Source: an uncultured Fibrobacterota bacterium
Lineage (GTDB): Bacteria > Fibrobacterota > Chitinivibrionia > Chitinivibrionales > FEN-1185
Length of the DNA: 64,000 nucleotides
Direction of reading: 5' to 3'
NCBI GenBank assembly: GCA_963753345.1
Contig: CAVWBU010000015.1
Span: 120,203 to 184,202, forward strand
The stretch's first letter is position 1. Every line of letters starts with the position of its first letter. Position numbers and translations under genes: made by a program. Below the pieces are notes generated by a model. The model made no database searches and had not been told where the DNA came from. It worked only from the letters and a program-made list of their open reading frames with translations. Below are positions 1 to 9,668 of the stretch, in pieces.

Positions 1-137
1 GTGAAACGCGCGCCGATTTCCGAGAAGTCAAGCATCGACGCCGGATACCTGGTTCCGTGCACCACGACGGAGGAGGGACACGACACCCTGAGGGCTTTTC
101 GTCCGGCCCTGCGGCGTTCGGCGTCCTTTGTTTTCAC
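1..137 (-). CDS. PilZ-domain protein, N-terminal part (runs off the window edge)
   Basis: Not in the ORF track. Reading the minus strand from GTG at 137 gives VKTKDAERRRAGRKALRVSCPSSVVVHGTRYPASMLDFSEIGARF, with the PilZ c-di-GMP motifs RxxxR and DxSxxG. Confidence 0.65.
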   Translation of the reverse strand, partial: MKTKDAERRRAGRKALRVSCPSSVVVHGTRYPASMLDFSEIGARF

Positions 138-161
138 GGTGCGCGTCCGATCCGTACGGCG

Positions 162-1136
162 TCATGCCGCCACAGGTGCGGCGGGTTCTGTTGCCAATGT
201 CGCATCCACAAACCGGCTCACGAGACGGTCGATGTCGTCCTTCCGCGCCAGCGAGCGAAGCCACTCGTCGGGCACCGATTCGAGACCGTGCGCGATGCCG
301 GCAAGGCCGCCCGCCACCATGCCCGTGGTGTCGGTGTCGAGGCCGAGGTTGACGGCCGCGAGGAGGATTTCCTTCGTGCTGTGGTATCTGAGCGTGCACC
401 ACAGGGCCGCCTCCAGCGTGTCGACGATGTATCCCGAGGAGCGGATTTCACTTTCGGCAAGGCCGGGCAGCTCGTGCGAAATGATGCGCATGAAATGCGG
501 CAGCTCGTTCTTAAAAATCGGATCGTGCGAATAAAAATCGAGGGCCTGCGCCACGGCGCTTTTGTATGCCGCCTCTTTGTCGGGCGTGCCGAGCAGTTCC
601 CTTACGTAAAGGCAATAAAAACCGCACCCCATTTTGGACCGCGGGTGCGCATGCGTTATCGCCGAGATTTCGTGTGCTCGCGCAAGCAGGTCGGCGGTGG
701 AACGGGTGCGGAAGTGCATCGCCACGGGGAGCATGCGCATGAGGGAGCCGTTGCCGTTGTCGTCTTCGGAGCGGCCGCCCGAGGCTGCGGCGCTCGCGCC
801 GCCGTTTTTGATCCTGTCAAGGGCGAGATAGGTGGTGAGTCCCGCATCGAACACGAACCCCGTGGCGGTCCAGTACGATTCGAAAAGCCATTGTGAGAAA
901 AGCTTGCCCATGGATTCGAGGTCATAGCCGTTCACCATGGTTTCCATGGTACACAGGACAAGAGCCGCGTCATCGGACCAGGTTCCTTCCGGCTGGTCGT
1001 AGCGGCCGTACCCGAGCATGTTCTTGACGGAGCAGAGCGCAAGCTGCTGCCTGGTCGACGATTCCACGGGAACGCCGAGCGCGTCGCCGATGATGCCGGC
1101 GAGGAGTGCGGATTTCATTTTTTCGCGGAGATTCAT
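162..1136 (-). CDS. ADP-ribosylglycohydrolase (DraG/ARH family)
   Basis: Motifs GDALG, GTWSDD, GNGSLMR, ITH and GLDTDT; 324 aa. Confidence 0.9.
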   Translation of the reverse strand: MNLREKMKSALLAGIIGDALGVPVESSTRQQLALCSVKNMLGYGRYDQPEGTWSDDAALVLCTMETMVNGYDLESMGKLFSQWLFESYWTATGFVFDAGLTTYLALDRIKNGGASAAASGGRSEDDNGNGSLMRMLPVAMHFRTRSTADLLARAHEISAITHAHPRSKMGCGFYCLYVRELLGTPDKEAAYKSAVAQALDFYSHDPIFKNELPHFMRIISHELPGLAESEIRSSGYIVDTLEAALWCTLRYHSTKEILLAAVNLGLDTDTTGMVAGGLAGIAHGLESVPDEWLRSLARKDDIDRLVSRFVDATLATEPAAPVAA

Positions 1137-1160
1137 GGGCGACAGTTAAAATAACATTTA

Positions 1161-1508
1161 ATGGAAACGCCGAACTACTCTTTTTTGAGAATGGAGATCG
1201 CAAAGGCGGTGTCTGTGCGCTCCGGAATTCAATGCGGTGATGCGTCGCGGGTGGAAATCGTCCCGTCGGGCTTGTGCCGGTTCACCGCCGCGGGCTTTGA
1301 CATGGATAAGAGCAACAACATATATTTGGACATTCCGGAATTGAAGAACCCCGCAACCAGCTTCGAGAAGTCGCTCGCTGTGGGATTCGCCCTGAGCAAT
1401 GCCGCACCCCGAAAAACACCTTGTTATCGCCATCGACGGCCCGGCCGGTTCAGGCAAGAGCTCGACCGCGAAGCTCGTGGCGCAGCGTCTGGGCATACTC
1501 CATCTTGA
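1161..1508 (+). CDS. Possible small hypothetical protein or gene fragment (3' end overlaps cmk)
   Basis: ATG-initiated ORF filling the gap before cmk. The first ~80 codons look coding, but the ORF overlaps cmk by 110 nt. Confidence 0.3.
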   Translation: METPNYSFLRMEIAKAVSVRSGIQCGDASRVEIVPSGLCRFTAAGFDMDKSNNIYLDIPELKNPATSFEKSLAVGFALSNAAPRKTPCYRHRRPGRFRQELDREARGAASGHTPS

Positions 1509-2082
1509 CACGGGCGCGATGTACAGGGCCGTGACCCTCAAGTGTCTGAGACGCGGCATACCGCACGGCGACCACGGCGCGATTGCCGAGCTTGTGAGTA
1601 ACACCGGGATCTCATTCACCGGCGCGCCTGCCGCGATGCGCGTGCTGATGGACGGCGAGGACGTGACAAGCGCGATCCGCAGCGACGAGGTTACCAAGAA
1701 CGTTTCGGACTACTGCACCGTGCCGGCGGTGAGGAAGGTGCTGGTGGACCTTCAGCGGAAGATCGGCAAAGGCGGGTCTCTTGTTTGTGAAGGACGCGAC
1801 ATCGGCACCGTCGTTTTTCCGAAGGCGCGCCTGAAGTTCTTTATGGTCGCGTCCGACGAGGAGCGGGCCAGAAGACGTCAAAAAGACTTCGCGGCGATGG
1901 GAATAAAGAAAAGTCTTGATGAGCTTGTTGACGAAATCCGCGCGCGCGACCACAAGGATTCGAGCAGGGAGAACAGCCCACTGTGCAAGGCGGATGATGC
2001 AGAAGAAATAGACACGACGAATATGACGCTAGACCAACAGGTGAAATACATAGTTGACAAGGCAAGAAAATTGATTGAGTAA
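1399..2082 (+). CDS. cmk: Cytidylate kinase
   Basis: IAIDGPAGSGKSS P-loop, LDTGAMYRA and EGRDIGTVVFP; lies upstream of rpsA. Confidence 0.97.
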   Translation: MPHPEKHLVIAIDGPAGSGKSSTAKLVAQRLGILHLDTGAMYRAVTLKCLRRGIPHGDHGAIAELVSNTGISFTGAPAAMRVLMDGEDVTSAIRSDEVTKNVSDYCTVPAVRKVLVDLQRKIGKGGSLVCEGRDIGTVVFPKARLKFFMVASDEERARRRQKDFAAMGIKKSLDELVDEIRARDHKDSSRENSPLCKADDAEEIDTTNMTLDQQVKYIVDKARKLIE

Positions 2083-2117
2083 AAACAGCAGTAGTTATTT
2101 TGCGCAAAAAATGTTTC

Positions 2118-2279
2118 TTGACTGAATAGAGTTCCGTTTGCGCGCGTTAGGCGGACTGGAGTGGTGCGCTGGAGCGCAGTACCGCCTGATCCCTAGCCGA
2201 AGGCGGTAGGGACAGAGCGGTACCGAGGCCTTGGCCGAGCCCGGAAGGAGGCCGACCCCGCGAAGCGGGGGAACGCCCA
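2118..2279 (-). repeat. Structured intergenic repeat family 1, copy A
   Basis: The reverse complement aligns with copies at 13895, 40089 and 48904 (GGGCGTT...CCTAACGCG...TATTCAGTCAA). Confidence 0.85.
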
Positions 2280-2355
2280 TGATTATTTTTTTCAGAATTT
2301 TCATGTTTCTTTAATCATAATCCATTAACCTTAACCCAGTTTTTCAGGAGTATGT

Positions 2356-4197
2356 ATGTCCGAGTCCGAAGCAAAGGCAAAGAAGTCCCTGTCGGCCGTT
2401 GACGCGCAGGGGAACGCCGTCGATCTTTCCGATTTCGAGGAAACGTACTACCAGGCCGACCAGGTCCAGAACACCCTCGAACAGTACAAGGAATCGCTCG
2501 AGGGAATCGAGGAGGGCAAGGTCGTCAAGGGCCGCATCCTCAAGATCACCGAAAAGGAAGTTTTCGTCGATGTCAATTTCAAGTCCGAAGGCATCATCCC
2601 GCTTGCCGAATTCAAGGACGTCGCATCATACAAGGAAGGGGACGAAATCGATGTCTTCCTGGAACAGGTGGAAGACAGCGAGGGCCAGCTTATTCTGTCC
2701 AAGTCGCGCGCCGATTTCCTGCGCGTGTGGGACCGCATATACCAGGCATTCGAGAAACAGGAGACCGTGGAAGGCCGCATCCTTCGCAGGATCAAGGGCG
2801 GCGTGGTGGTGGATCTGTTCGGTGTGGACGCGTTTTTGCCGGGTTCGCAGATCGACCTCCGCCAGATCCCCGACATGGACTCCCTTATCAACAAGACGTT
2901 TAAATTCCGGGTCATCAAGGTCAACAAGGCCCGCCGTAACATCGTGGTGTCGCGCCGCGTGATCCTCGAAGAGGACCGCAACCAGCAGCGCGAGAAGATC
3001 CTTGCCGAACTGGAAAAGGGTCAGATCCGCGACGGCACGGTGAAGAACATCACCGACTTCGGCGCATTTATCGATCTCGGCGGCGTGGACGGACTGCTCC
3101 ACATCACCGACATGTCGTGGGGCCGCGTGAACCACCCGTCCGAAATCGTGGCTCTCGGTGACAAGGTGAAGGTGAAGGTGCTCGACTTCAACGAGAACAA
3201 GGAGCGCATTTCGCTCGGTCTCAAACAGCTCACCGAGCATCCATGGAAGGGCATCGAGGATAAGTTTCCCGAAGGCGCGCGCGTGCGCGGCAAGATCGTT
3301 TCCATCACCGACTACGGCGCGTTCATGGAGCTCGAAAAGGGAATCGAGGGCCTCATCCATATTTCCGAAATGTCGTGGACCCAGCACATCAAGCACCCGT
3401 CCAAGATCGTGGGCATCGGCGACATCGTGGAGGCCGTGGTGCTCAAGGTCGACAAGGAGAACCAGAAGATTTCCCTCGGGTTCAAGCAGCTCGAGCCCGA
3501 TCCGTGGACGAACGTCATCACCGAGTTCCCCGTGGGCACCGTGGTGAAGGGCAAGGTGCGCAACATCGCCGCATTCGGCGCTTTTGTCGAGCTCAAGGAG
3601 GGCGTGGACGGCCTGGTGCACATTTCCGACATGTCGTGGACCAAGAAGGTGAACCATCCCGGCGAGCTCCTTCGCAAAGGCGACACGATCGAGGTGAAGG
3701 TGCTCGACATCGACGTTGACAAGCGCAGGATTTCCCTCGGCGTCAAGCAGCTTACCGAAGACCCGTGGGGCGACCTTGCCAAAGAGTACTCCGTGGGCAC
3801 CGAAATGGAGGGCGAAGTGGCCCGCATCCTCGACCGCGGCATGATTGTGAACCTCTCGGCGACCGTGGAGGGGTTCGTGCCGCTCAACCAGCTCGGCCAG
3901 AGCGTCAACCACCCGTCGGAGGTGTACAAGGTGGGCGACAAGGTTCCGGTCGAGGTTGTGGAATTCGACATGGAGGGCAGGAAGATCATCCTGAGCATCG
4001 CCGAATACTTCAAGGACAAGGACGAGAATCTGTGGAAGGAATACGAGGCCGCGCACGTGCCGAGGAAGTTGACAAAGGCCGAAAAGGCCGAGGGTCATTC
4101 CAAGGGTGAAGAGGCGGAGAAGCCGGAAAAGAAGCCCAAGGAAAAGGCGGCACCGGAAGAGAGCGCCGAGAATGCGGAAAAAACGGAAGGGGCTTAA
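2356..4197 (+). CDS. rpsA: 30S ribosomal protein S1
   Basis: Repeated S1 domains (FGAFIDLGGVDGLLHITDMSW etc.), 613 aa, cmk-rpsA synteny, AGGAG RBS. Confidence 0.98.
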   Translation: MSESEAKAKKSLSAVDAQGNAVDLSDFEETYYQADQVQNTLEQYKESLEGIEEGKVVKGRILKITEKEVFVDVNFKSEGIIPLAEFKDVASYKEGDEIDVFLEQVEDSEGQLILSKSRADFLRVWDRIYQAFEKQETVEGRILRRIKGGVVVDLFGVDAFLPGSQIDLRQIPDMDSLINKTFKFRVIKVNKARRNIVVSRRVILEEDRNQQREKILAELEKGQIRDGTVKNITDFGAFIDLGGVDGLLHITDMSWGRVNHPSEIVALGDKVKVKVLDFNENKERISLGLKQLTEHPWKGIEDKFPEGARVRGKIVSITDYGAFMELEKGIEGLIHISEMSWTQHIKHPSKIVGIGDIVEAVVLKVDKENQKISLGFKQLEPDPWTNVITEFPVGTVVKGKVRNIAAFGAFVELKEGVDGLVHISDMSWTKKVNHPGELLRKGDTIEVKVLDIDVDKRRISLGVKQLTEDPWGDLAKEYSVGTEMEGEVARILDRGMIVNLSATVEGFVPLNQLGQSVNHPSEVYKVGDKVPVEVVEFDMEGRKIILSIAEYFKDKDENLWKEYEAAHVPRKLTKAEKAEGHSKGEEAEKPEKKPKEKAAPEESAENAEKTEGA

Positions 4198-4239
4198 GGA
4201 TAAAATTGGGGTAACGGTTGCCGATAACCGACAACAATG

Positions 4240-4271
4240 AACGGCTGCGAATTACCGCAGCCGTTTTTTTT
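4240..4271 (+). terminator. Rho-independent terminator of rpsA
   Basis: AACGGCTGCG-loop-CGCAGCCGTT followed by a T run. Confidence 0.8.
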
Positions 4272-4347
4272 GTTTCGAGCGTTGATGCGGCTCCAATCAA
4301 AGAGCGTACAGCAGTGAAGGTGTATGTCTCTCGTTCCGGATGGATTT

Positions 4348-5439
4348 CTAGGGCACAAGGTGCCTGAACGCGCCGTCCCGTGCTCCCACCACGTAAACGC
4401 CGGACGGAAGGCGCGCCAGGGCAGCGGAAAGGGACGAGTGTGCCGGAACGTCAAGCGCACAGGCAAGTCTGCCGTCCAGATGATAAAGACGCAGGCGCCC
4501 ATTGACAATACGCGAAGCAGCATGCACGGCGGGCGTCTGGACCTGCAGACCGATATCCGATGCGGAAACAAACACCGGGGCGGCGACGAGAATATCGTCG
4601 CTGGTCGCGCTCACGCCCAGGGAAACTTTGTACGCGCCCGTGTCTTTTGCAATGAGCACCTGGCCGGTGCCCCCCGAAACAGCAGCCACCGGAATTCCCT
4701 GACAGTACCATTGGTACAGCGACGCTCCAGCCGGCGCCTCAAGCCTGTTCTTCTGCTTAACGATCTTGAGCGTGTCGCCCATGAGCATCCCGTACACTTT
4801 CTGGGCCAATTTCAGGTAGCCGGCGGCGGTCGGATGAATGCCGTCTGCAAACAGACCGGGTTGGCCGCTCATCCAGGTGAAAAGATCAATGAGCGGGATT
4901 CCTTTTGCGAGAGCAACGGTCTTGATTTTCGGCAAAATCTGGTAGTGAATCACCATGCTGTCGATAAAAAGGATCGAGCTATACGCGGGCAGCGGATAGC
5001 ATGCCCACACCTTGGGGTTGGAAGAAATGGCGGCGAACGTGTCGACCATTGCCTCGTAATCGCCCACGAATTCGTCCTGGTGGGACGGCCAGTTGTCAAC
5101 CCCGCCGCTCGACTTTGAATCGTTGGTGCCGAGTTCGATGATCACGATTTTCGGCAGAAAGGCCATGGCGGCGGCAAATTCCGTGACGCCGAATGTCCAG
5201 TAGGGCTTGTTGCCGTTCTTGAGCATGGTGGCGCCGGCAACCCCGCAGTTGAGCACGTTGTATCCGGGACCAAGCATCTGCCCGAGCCGCGCCGGATAGC
5301 TCGCGGTGTCGCGGCCGGCCAGCCCGGTGCCGTCGGTTATGCTGTTGCCCACGCACGAGACATGGATGGTGTCGGCCGCGTGGGCGGAAAAGCCGGCGCA
5401 GAAGAAAAGAAAGGTGAGCGCAATAGCGAAGGTTTTCAT
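4348..5439 (-). CDS. Secreted SGNH/GDSL hydrolase (esterase) with C-terminal sorting-like domain
   Basis: Signal peptide MKTFAIAL...AHA; blocks GNSIT, LGTND and DGIHP; C-terminus RLRLYHLDGRL...LPSGVYVV. Start set at ATG 5439. Confidence 0.85.
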   Translation of the reverse strand: MKTFAIALTFLFFCAGFSAHAADTIHVSCVGNSITDGTGLAGRDTASYPARLGQMLGPGYNVLNCGVAGATMLKNGNKPYWTFGVTEFAAAMAFLPKIVIIELGTNDSKSSGGVDNWPSHQDEFVGDYEAMVDTFAAISSNPKVWACYPLPAYSSILFIDSMVIHYQILPKIKTVALAKGIPLIDLFTWMSGQPGLFADGIHPTAAGYLKLAQKVYGMLMGDTLKIVKQKNRLEAPAGASLYQWYCQGIPVAAVSGGTGQVLIAKDTGAYKVSLGVSATSDDILVAAPVFVSASDIGLQVQTPAVHAASRIVNGRLRLYHLDGRLACALDVPAHSSLSAALARLPSGVYVVGARDGAFRHLVP

Positions 5440-5537
5440 AGACGAGTTACCTTGTAAATAGTATAACAAGAAACCGGCTTGGGTGCATGAGATTTTTTCT
5501 ATGCCTTGGCTGAGCTTGATATTTTTTTCAAAGGAAA

Positions 5538-5550
5538 GGGGAACGCCCAA
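5538..5550 (-). repeat. Possible truncated remnant of the family 1 5' end
   Basis: GGGGAACGCCCA matches the terminus of copy A, in a similar T-rich flank; only 12-13 nt. Confidence 0.35.
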
Positions 5551-5661
5551 TTTTTTTATTATTCTTTTATCCTTCTCTCGTACTTCCTCATAATTCCCTA
5601 ACCAAGAAATACTATTTTAGAAAGCTCGCCAACCATGCACTGTCATCGATCGGAGGCGTTT

Positions 5662-6339
5662 GTGAACATCATCGAAACGCGCGCGCTCACCAAGGACTAC
5701 CCCTTGGGGAACACCACGGTGCACGCTTTGCGGGGGATAGACCTTGCCATCGAGAAAGGCGATTTCCTCAGCATCGTGGGCCCGTCGGGAAGCGGCAAGA
5801 CCACGCTGCTCAACATCATCGGCTGCATCGATTTTGCCACGAAAGGCAGCGTGCGCGTGGGCGACCGGGAGATCACGTCGCTTGACGACCGGCAAATCAC
5901 CGACATGCGGCTGCACAAGATCGGATTTATCTTCCAGACGTTCAACCTGATTCCGGTGCTCAATGCCCTCGAAAATGTGGAGTTTCCGCTCCTTCTCATG
6001 AAGAACCGTTCAAAGGCAGACGTAAAGAAGAAAGCCGAAACGCTGCTTGACGAAGTGGGACTCAAGGACTATGGTAGGCACAAGCCCGCCGAACTTTCGG
6101 GCGGCCAGCGCCAGCGGGTCGCCATCGCGCGCGCGCTCGTGACCAATCCGGACATCGTCCTTGCCGACGAGCCCACGGCCAACCTCGACTCGGTGACCGG
6201 CGCCTCGATCCTCGACGCGATGCGGGAAATGAACAAACGGGAGCACACCACCTTCATCTTCTCAACGCACGACGCGAACGTGCTCAAATACGCAAGCCAC
6301 GTGATAAAAATCAAGGACGGCTGCATAAGCAGGGACTAG
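5662..6339 (+). CDS. ABC transporter ATP-binding protein (LolD/MacB-like)
   Basis: GPSGSGKT, LSGGQRQRVAIARAL, DEPTANLD; GTG start with GGAGG RBS. Confidence 0.93.
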   Translation: MNIIETRALTKDYPLGNTTVHALRGIDLAIEKGDFLSIVGPSGSGKTTLLNIIGCIDFATKGSVRVGDREITSLDDRQITDMRLHKIGFIFQTFNLIPVLNALENVEFPLLLMKNRSKADVKKKAETLLDEVGLKDYGRHKPAELSGGQRQRVAIARALVTNPDIVLADEPTANLDSVTGASILDAMREMNKREHTTFIFSTHDANVLKYASHVIKIKDGCISRD

Positions 6340-6342
6340 GGA

Positions 6343-7875
6343 ATGGACCTTGTTCTCAAGATCGCATGGCGCAACATCATGCGCCACAGGGGCAAGAGCC
6401 TTGTCATCGGCTTGATGCTGTTCGTGGGTGCATTTATCATGACGGTAGGCAACGGTGTGGTGTCGGGAATGGACGCCGGCCTCAGGAAAACGATTGTCAA
6501 CAGCTTCACGGGCGACATCGTCCTTATTTCGGACAAGCAGGAAAGCGACAACGTGTTGGATGTCTGGACCACATTCATGAACAAGCCCGTGGCGCCCGTT
6601 TACAATTACATCGACATTAAGAAAGAACTTGCTCGGCAGCCGTACATAGAACGCATTCTGCCGGCCGGAAAAAACCTTGCCATGGTGCTCAACGAGGAAG
6701 GCGGCATGCCGGGAAGCGCATATCTTGTCGGCATCGATTTCGCGCAATACGGCTCAATGTTTCCGGGCAATATCAACGTGGTTGAAGGCAGGCTTCCTGA
6801 TAAAGGGGAACATGGAGCGGTTGTGCCGGTCTGGGCGCGCAAGGAATTCGAGGCCTACACCAGCATGTGGTTCCTTTCCGAAGGCCATACGCTCGACACC
6901 GCCCTTCTCCCCAAGGAAGTGAAGCCCGACATCCCGTCCCTGTTGCCCAGGACCAGCGCCGTGCTTATGGGGTACAACGAAGACAATTCGACCACGGATA
7001 TCCGGCTCGACATCAAGGGTATCATCGAATACAAGGCGCTCAATTCGCTGTGGGGGAAGTTCGTGATTGTGGACATAGAATCGTATCGTCGTTGCTTCGG
7101 GTACTTTGCCGCGTCGGACAAGGTGGATCTATCGGACGACGAGAAAAGACTTTTTTCCATGAGCAGCGAGAATCTGGACGGTCTGTTCACCGCCGACGCA
7201 GTGACGGCCGGGGACCCCGGCGTTGCGCCGAAGAAGGCTGCACTAACACACCCGAAAGAGGTTGACAAAAAACCCTTAGATCTCGATGCGGGTGCCTACA
7301 ACCTGGTGTTCGTTCTCCTCAAGAAGGGGGAAAATCAGGCGCGGGCGCTTGCACGGCTTAATACGGTCCTCAAGGAGAAAAAGCTTGGCGTTCGCGCCGT
7401 CTCATGGAAGAAGGCGCTTGGCGTGGTGGGAAGCATGGCGACCTTGATAAAGGCAGCCCTGTTCATGTTTGTCATGTTTCTGTTCTTCGTGGTTATCATC
7501 ATCATCGTCAACACCCTGAGCATGGCGGCCATCGAGCGCACCGCCGAAATCGGCATGATGCGCGCCGTGGGCGCGAAAAAAGGCTTCATCTCAATGATGT
7601 TTCTTGCCGAGACTTCCATGCTGTCGTTTGTGTTCGGCGGTGCAGGCATCATCATCGGCATTGTCGGGGTCAACGTTCTTGCACTGTTCAATATCACCAG
7701 CACAAACGACATGGTCCAGCTTCTGTTCGGCGGCGACACGTTTCATCCGCTGCTCACGGCGCTGGACATTCTGCTGTCCGTTGTCCAGCTGGCCATCGTG
7801 ACGCTTATCGCGGTCGTGTATCCCGCGCGCGTTGCGCAAAGCATCACTCCGCTTGACGCGGTGGCGAGGGAGTAA
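6343..7875 (+). CDS. ABC transporter permease (FtsX/LolE-like)
   Basis: IAWRNI N-terminus, large periplasmic loop, ERTAEIGMMRAVG, three C-terminal TM helices. Confidence 0.9.
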   Translation: MDLVLKIAWRNIMRHRGKSLVIGLMLFVGAFIMTVGNGVVSGMDAGLRKTIVNSFTGDIVLISDKQESDNVLDVWTTFMNKPVAPVYNYIDIKKELARQPYIERILPAGKNLAMVLNEEGGMPGSAYLVGIDFAQYGSMFPGNINVVEGRLPDKGEHGAVVPVWARKEFEAYTSMWFLSEGHTLDTALLPKEVKPDIPSLLPRTSAVLMGYNEDNSTTDIRLDIKGIIEYKALNSLWGKFVIVDIESYRRCFGYFAASDKVDLSDDEKRLFSMSSENLDGLFTADAVTAGDPGVAPKKAALTHPKEVDKKPLDLDAGAYNLVFVLLKKGENQARALARLNTVLKEKKLGVRAVSWKKALGVVGSMATLIKAALFMFVMFLFFVVIIIIVNTLSMAAIERTAEIGMMRAVGAKKGFISMMFLAETSMLSFVFGGAGIIIGIVGVNVLALFNITSTNDMVQLLFGGDTFHPLLTALDILLSVVQLAIVTLIAVVYPARVAQSITPLDAVARE

Positions 7876-7883
7876 GGGTATTT

Positions 7884-9653
7884 ATGACCGCCATTCTCAC
7901 TGTCGCCCTGCGCAACCTCCTGCGCCAGAAACGACGCAGCATCCTTCTCGGCACTGCCATTGCCTTCGGCATGATGATCCTGGTTATCGCTCATTCGTTT
8001 TCGCACGGCATATCCGACGTTATCTTTAATAAGATCCTCAAGTACGCCTCGGGTCACATCAGCGTAGGTTTTTCCCAAAACGGCAACCTGTACCGCATGC
8101 TGTTCAGCGACGGCGATCGGATGAAATCCATAGTGAAACGGGCCGTTCCCATAATCGCGAGCATGGAGGAAGGCATAGGAATAATTGCGCGCGCCGTTGG
8201 AAACGGCGCAAACGACAACGTGATCATGATCGGTATTGACCCCCGCGGGAGAGGAAGCGAGGAGGAACGGCGGGACGCCATGGAAAACTTTAGGATGCTC
8301 CAGGGGTCTTTCTTCGACCTCTCCCGCACCGACGTGGAAAACCCGATGCTGATTTCCGATTCCAAGGCGAAATCCCTCAACGTGAAGCTTGGGGACCTCG
8401 TGCGCGTCCGGTTTCAGGACGTTCACGGTCAGAACCAGGCGGGCCGGCTCACCGTTGTGGGGGTCTTCAAGCCGGCCAACGTCTTCATGGCCGCGCCAAT
8501 GTTCTTGCATATCAAGAACCTCAAGAGGCTCGCGGGGTACGGTCCGAACGACATCGGCCAGCTTTACATCATGCTCACCACCGACCCCAAGAGAAACGCG
8601 GTGCGGTATGCAGACTCCCTCTACAAGGCCATGGAACCGGGGCTGGCGGCTGCTGCCGGATCGCTGAGGTTTGCCGGAAAAGCCGTCTCTGCAATCGCGG
8701 TGGGATACAGGAACGACTCGCTCCTGCGGTCGGCGCTTGGCGGGCTGCTCAAGAGTGCCTCGGTCGCGCCGGGGAAAAAGGAATTTGCCAAAGACGGCGT
8801 TGTGCTCGGAGCAGACGCTGCCGCGTCGCTCGGCGTGCTTCCAGGCGACACCTGCACCTTCGTGTATCGTCCTAAGTACGAGGCCGCAGACATTGTGGAA
8901 AAACTGCCGGTAACGCAAGTCCTCGCTCCGTCGGCCCTTGTTCCCGGCACTATTGCGCTTGTCAACGAAAACAGGTTTTACGGTTTCTTTTACGACCATT
9001 GGCCGCGTCCACTTGATTCCGACAGTGCAGTGCTGCCGCGAAAAGACAGCCCGCTGTACGCAGCGTTCGCGCCTGAATGGATCCTGCTCAAGCGCACCAA
9101 AACCACCGCGGAAATGCAGAAGCAGACGAGGGAGGTGGCCAAGTTGCGCACGCGCGCGTTTACGGTGAAGGTCCAGTCTATGTATGAAAGTGCAAGCATG
9201 GTGGTGAACCTCGAATACGCTCTCAATTTCATTACGTTTGGCGCGGTGATGGTGCTGTTCTTCATCATCCTCATCGGGGTGGTCAATACGCTTCGCATGA
9301 CCATACGGGAACGCACGCGCGAGATCGGCACCATGCGCGCCATCGGCATGCAGAAGACTGATGTACGCAATTTGCTCCTTCTCGAAACGTATTTTCTCGC
9401 GCTGTTTTCAACGCTCACCGGCACGCTTGCCGCGTTCGGCGTCATGACAGCGCTTTCTTTTGTCAAAATAGATCCGCAGGATAACCCGCTGGGCATGATC
9501 CTCGTGAACGGCCATCTCAACTTTGCACCCACCGTGGCGGGAACCGTGGGCTACCTGATTCTTATTCAGCTCATCGCCGTGGCCACGGCCTATTTCCCGG
9601 CGAGACGCGCGGCCAATCTTTCCGCTGCCGCGGCGTTCAGGCACTATGAGTGA
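7884..9653 (+). CDS. ABC transporter permease (FtsX/LolE-like)
   Basis: VALRNL N-terminus, ERTREIGTMRAIG, C-terminal YFPARRAA. Confidence 0.9.
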   Translation: MTAILTVALRNLLRQKRRSILLGTAIAFGMMILVIAHSFSHGISDVIFNKILKYASGHISVGFSQNGNLYRMLFSDGDRMKSIVKRAVPIIASMEEGIGIIARAVGNGANDNVIMIGIDPRGRGSEEERRDAMENFRMLQGSFFDLSRTDVENPMLISDSKAKSLNVKLGDLVRVRFQDVHGQNQAGRLTVVGVFKPANVFMAAPMFLHIKNLKRLAGYGPNDIGQLYIMLTTDPKRNAVRYADSLYKAMEPGLAAAAGSLRFAGKAVSAIAVGYRNDSLLRSALGGLLKSASVAPGKKEFAKDGVVLGADAAASLGVLPGDTCTFVYRPKYEAADIVEKLPVTQVLAPSALVPGTIALVNENRFYGFFYDHWPRPLDSDSAVLPRKDSPLYAAFAPEWILLKRTKTTAEMQKQTREVAKLRTRAFTVKVQSMYESASMVVNLEYALNFITFGAVMVLFFIILIGVVNTLRMTIRERTREIGTMRAIGMQKTDVRNLLLLETYFLALFSTLTGTLAAFGVMTALSFVKIDPQDNPLGMILVNGHLNFAPTVAGTVGYLILIQLIAVATAYFPARRAANLSAAAAFRHYE

Positions 9654-9668
9654 TCATGAGGGGGACTA

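Noticed and set aside
2118-2279. rpsA-specific autoregulatory leader
   Set aside because: Homologous copies occur at three unrelated loci, so it is a dispersed element; local co-option cannot be excluded.
2626-4098. 490-aa ORF antisense to rpsA, and similar long antisense ORFs (11972..13570, 41468..43006, 43779..45161, 7743..8999)
   Set aside because: Shadow ORFs from GC-rich codon bias on the opposite strand of well-supported genes; no recognisable motifs.
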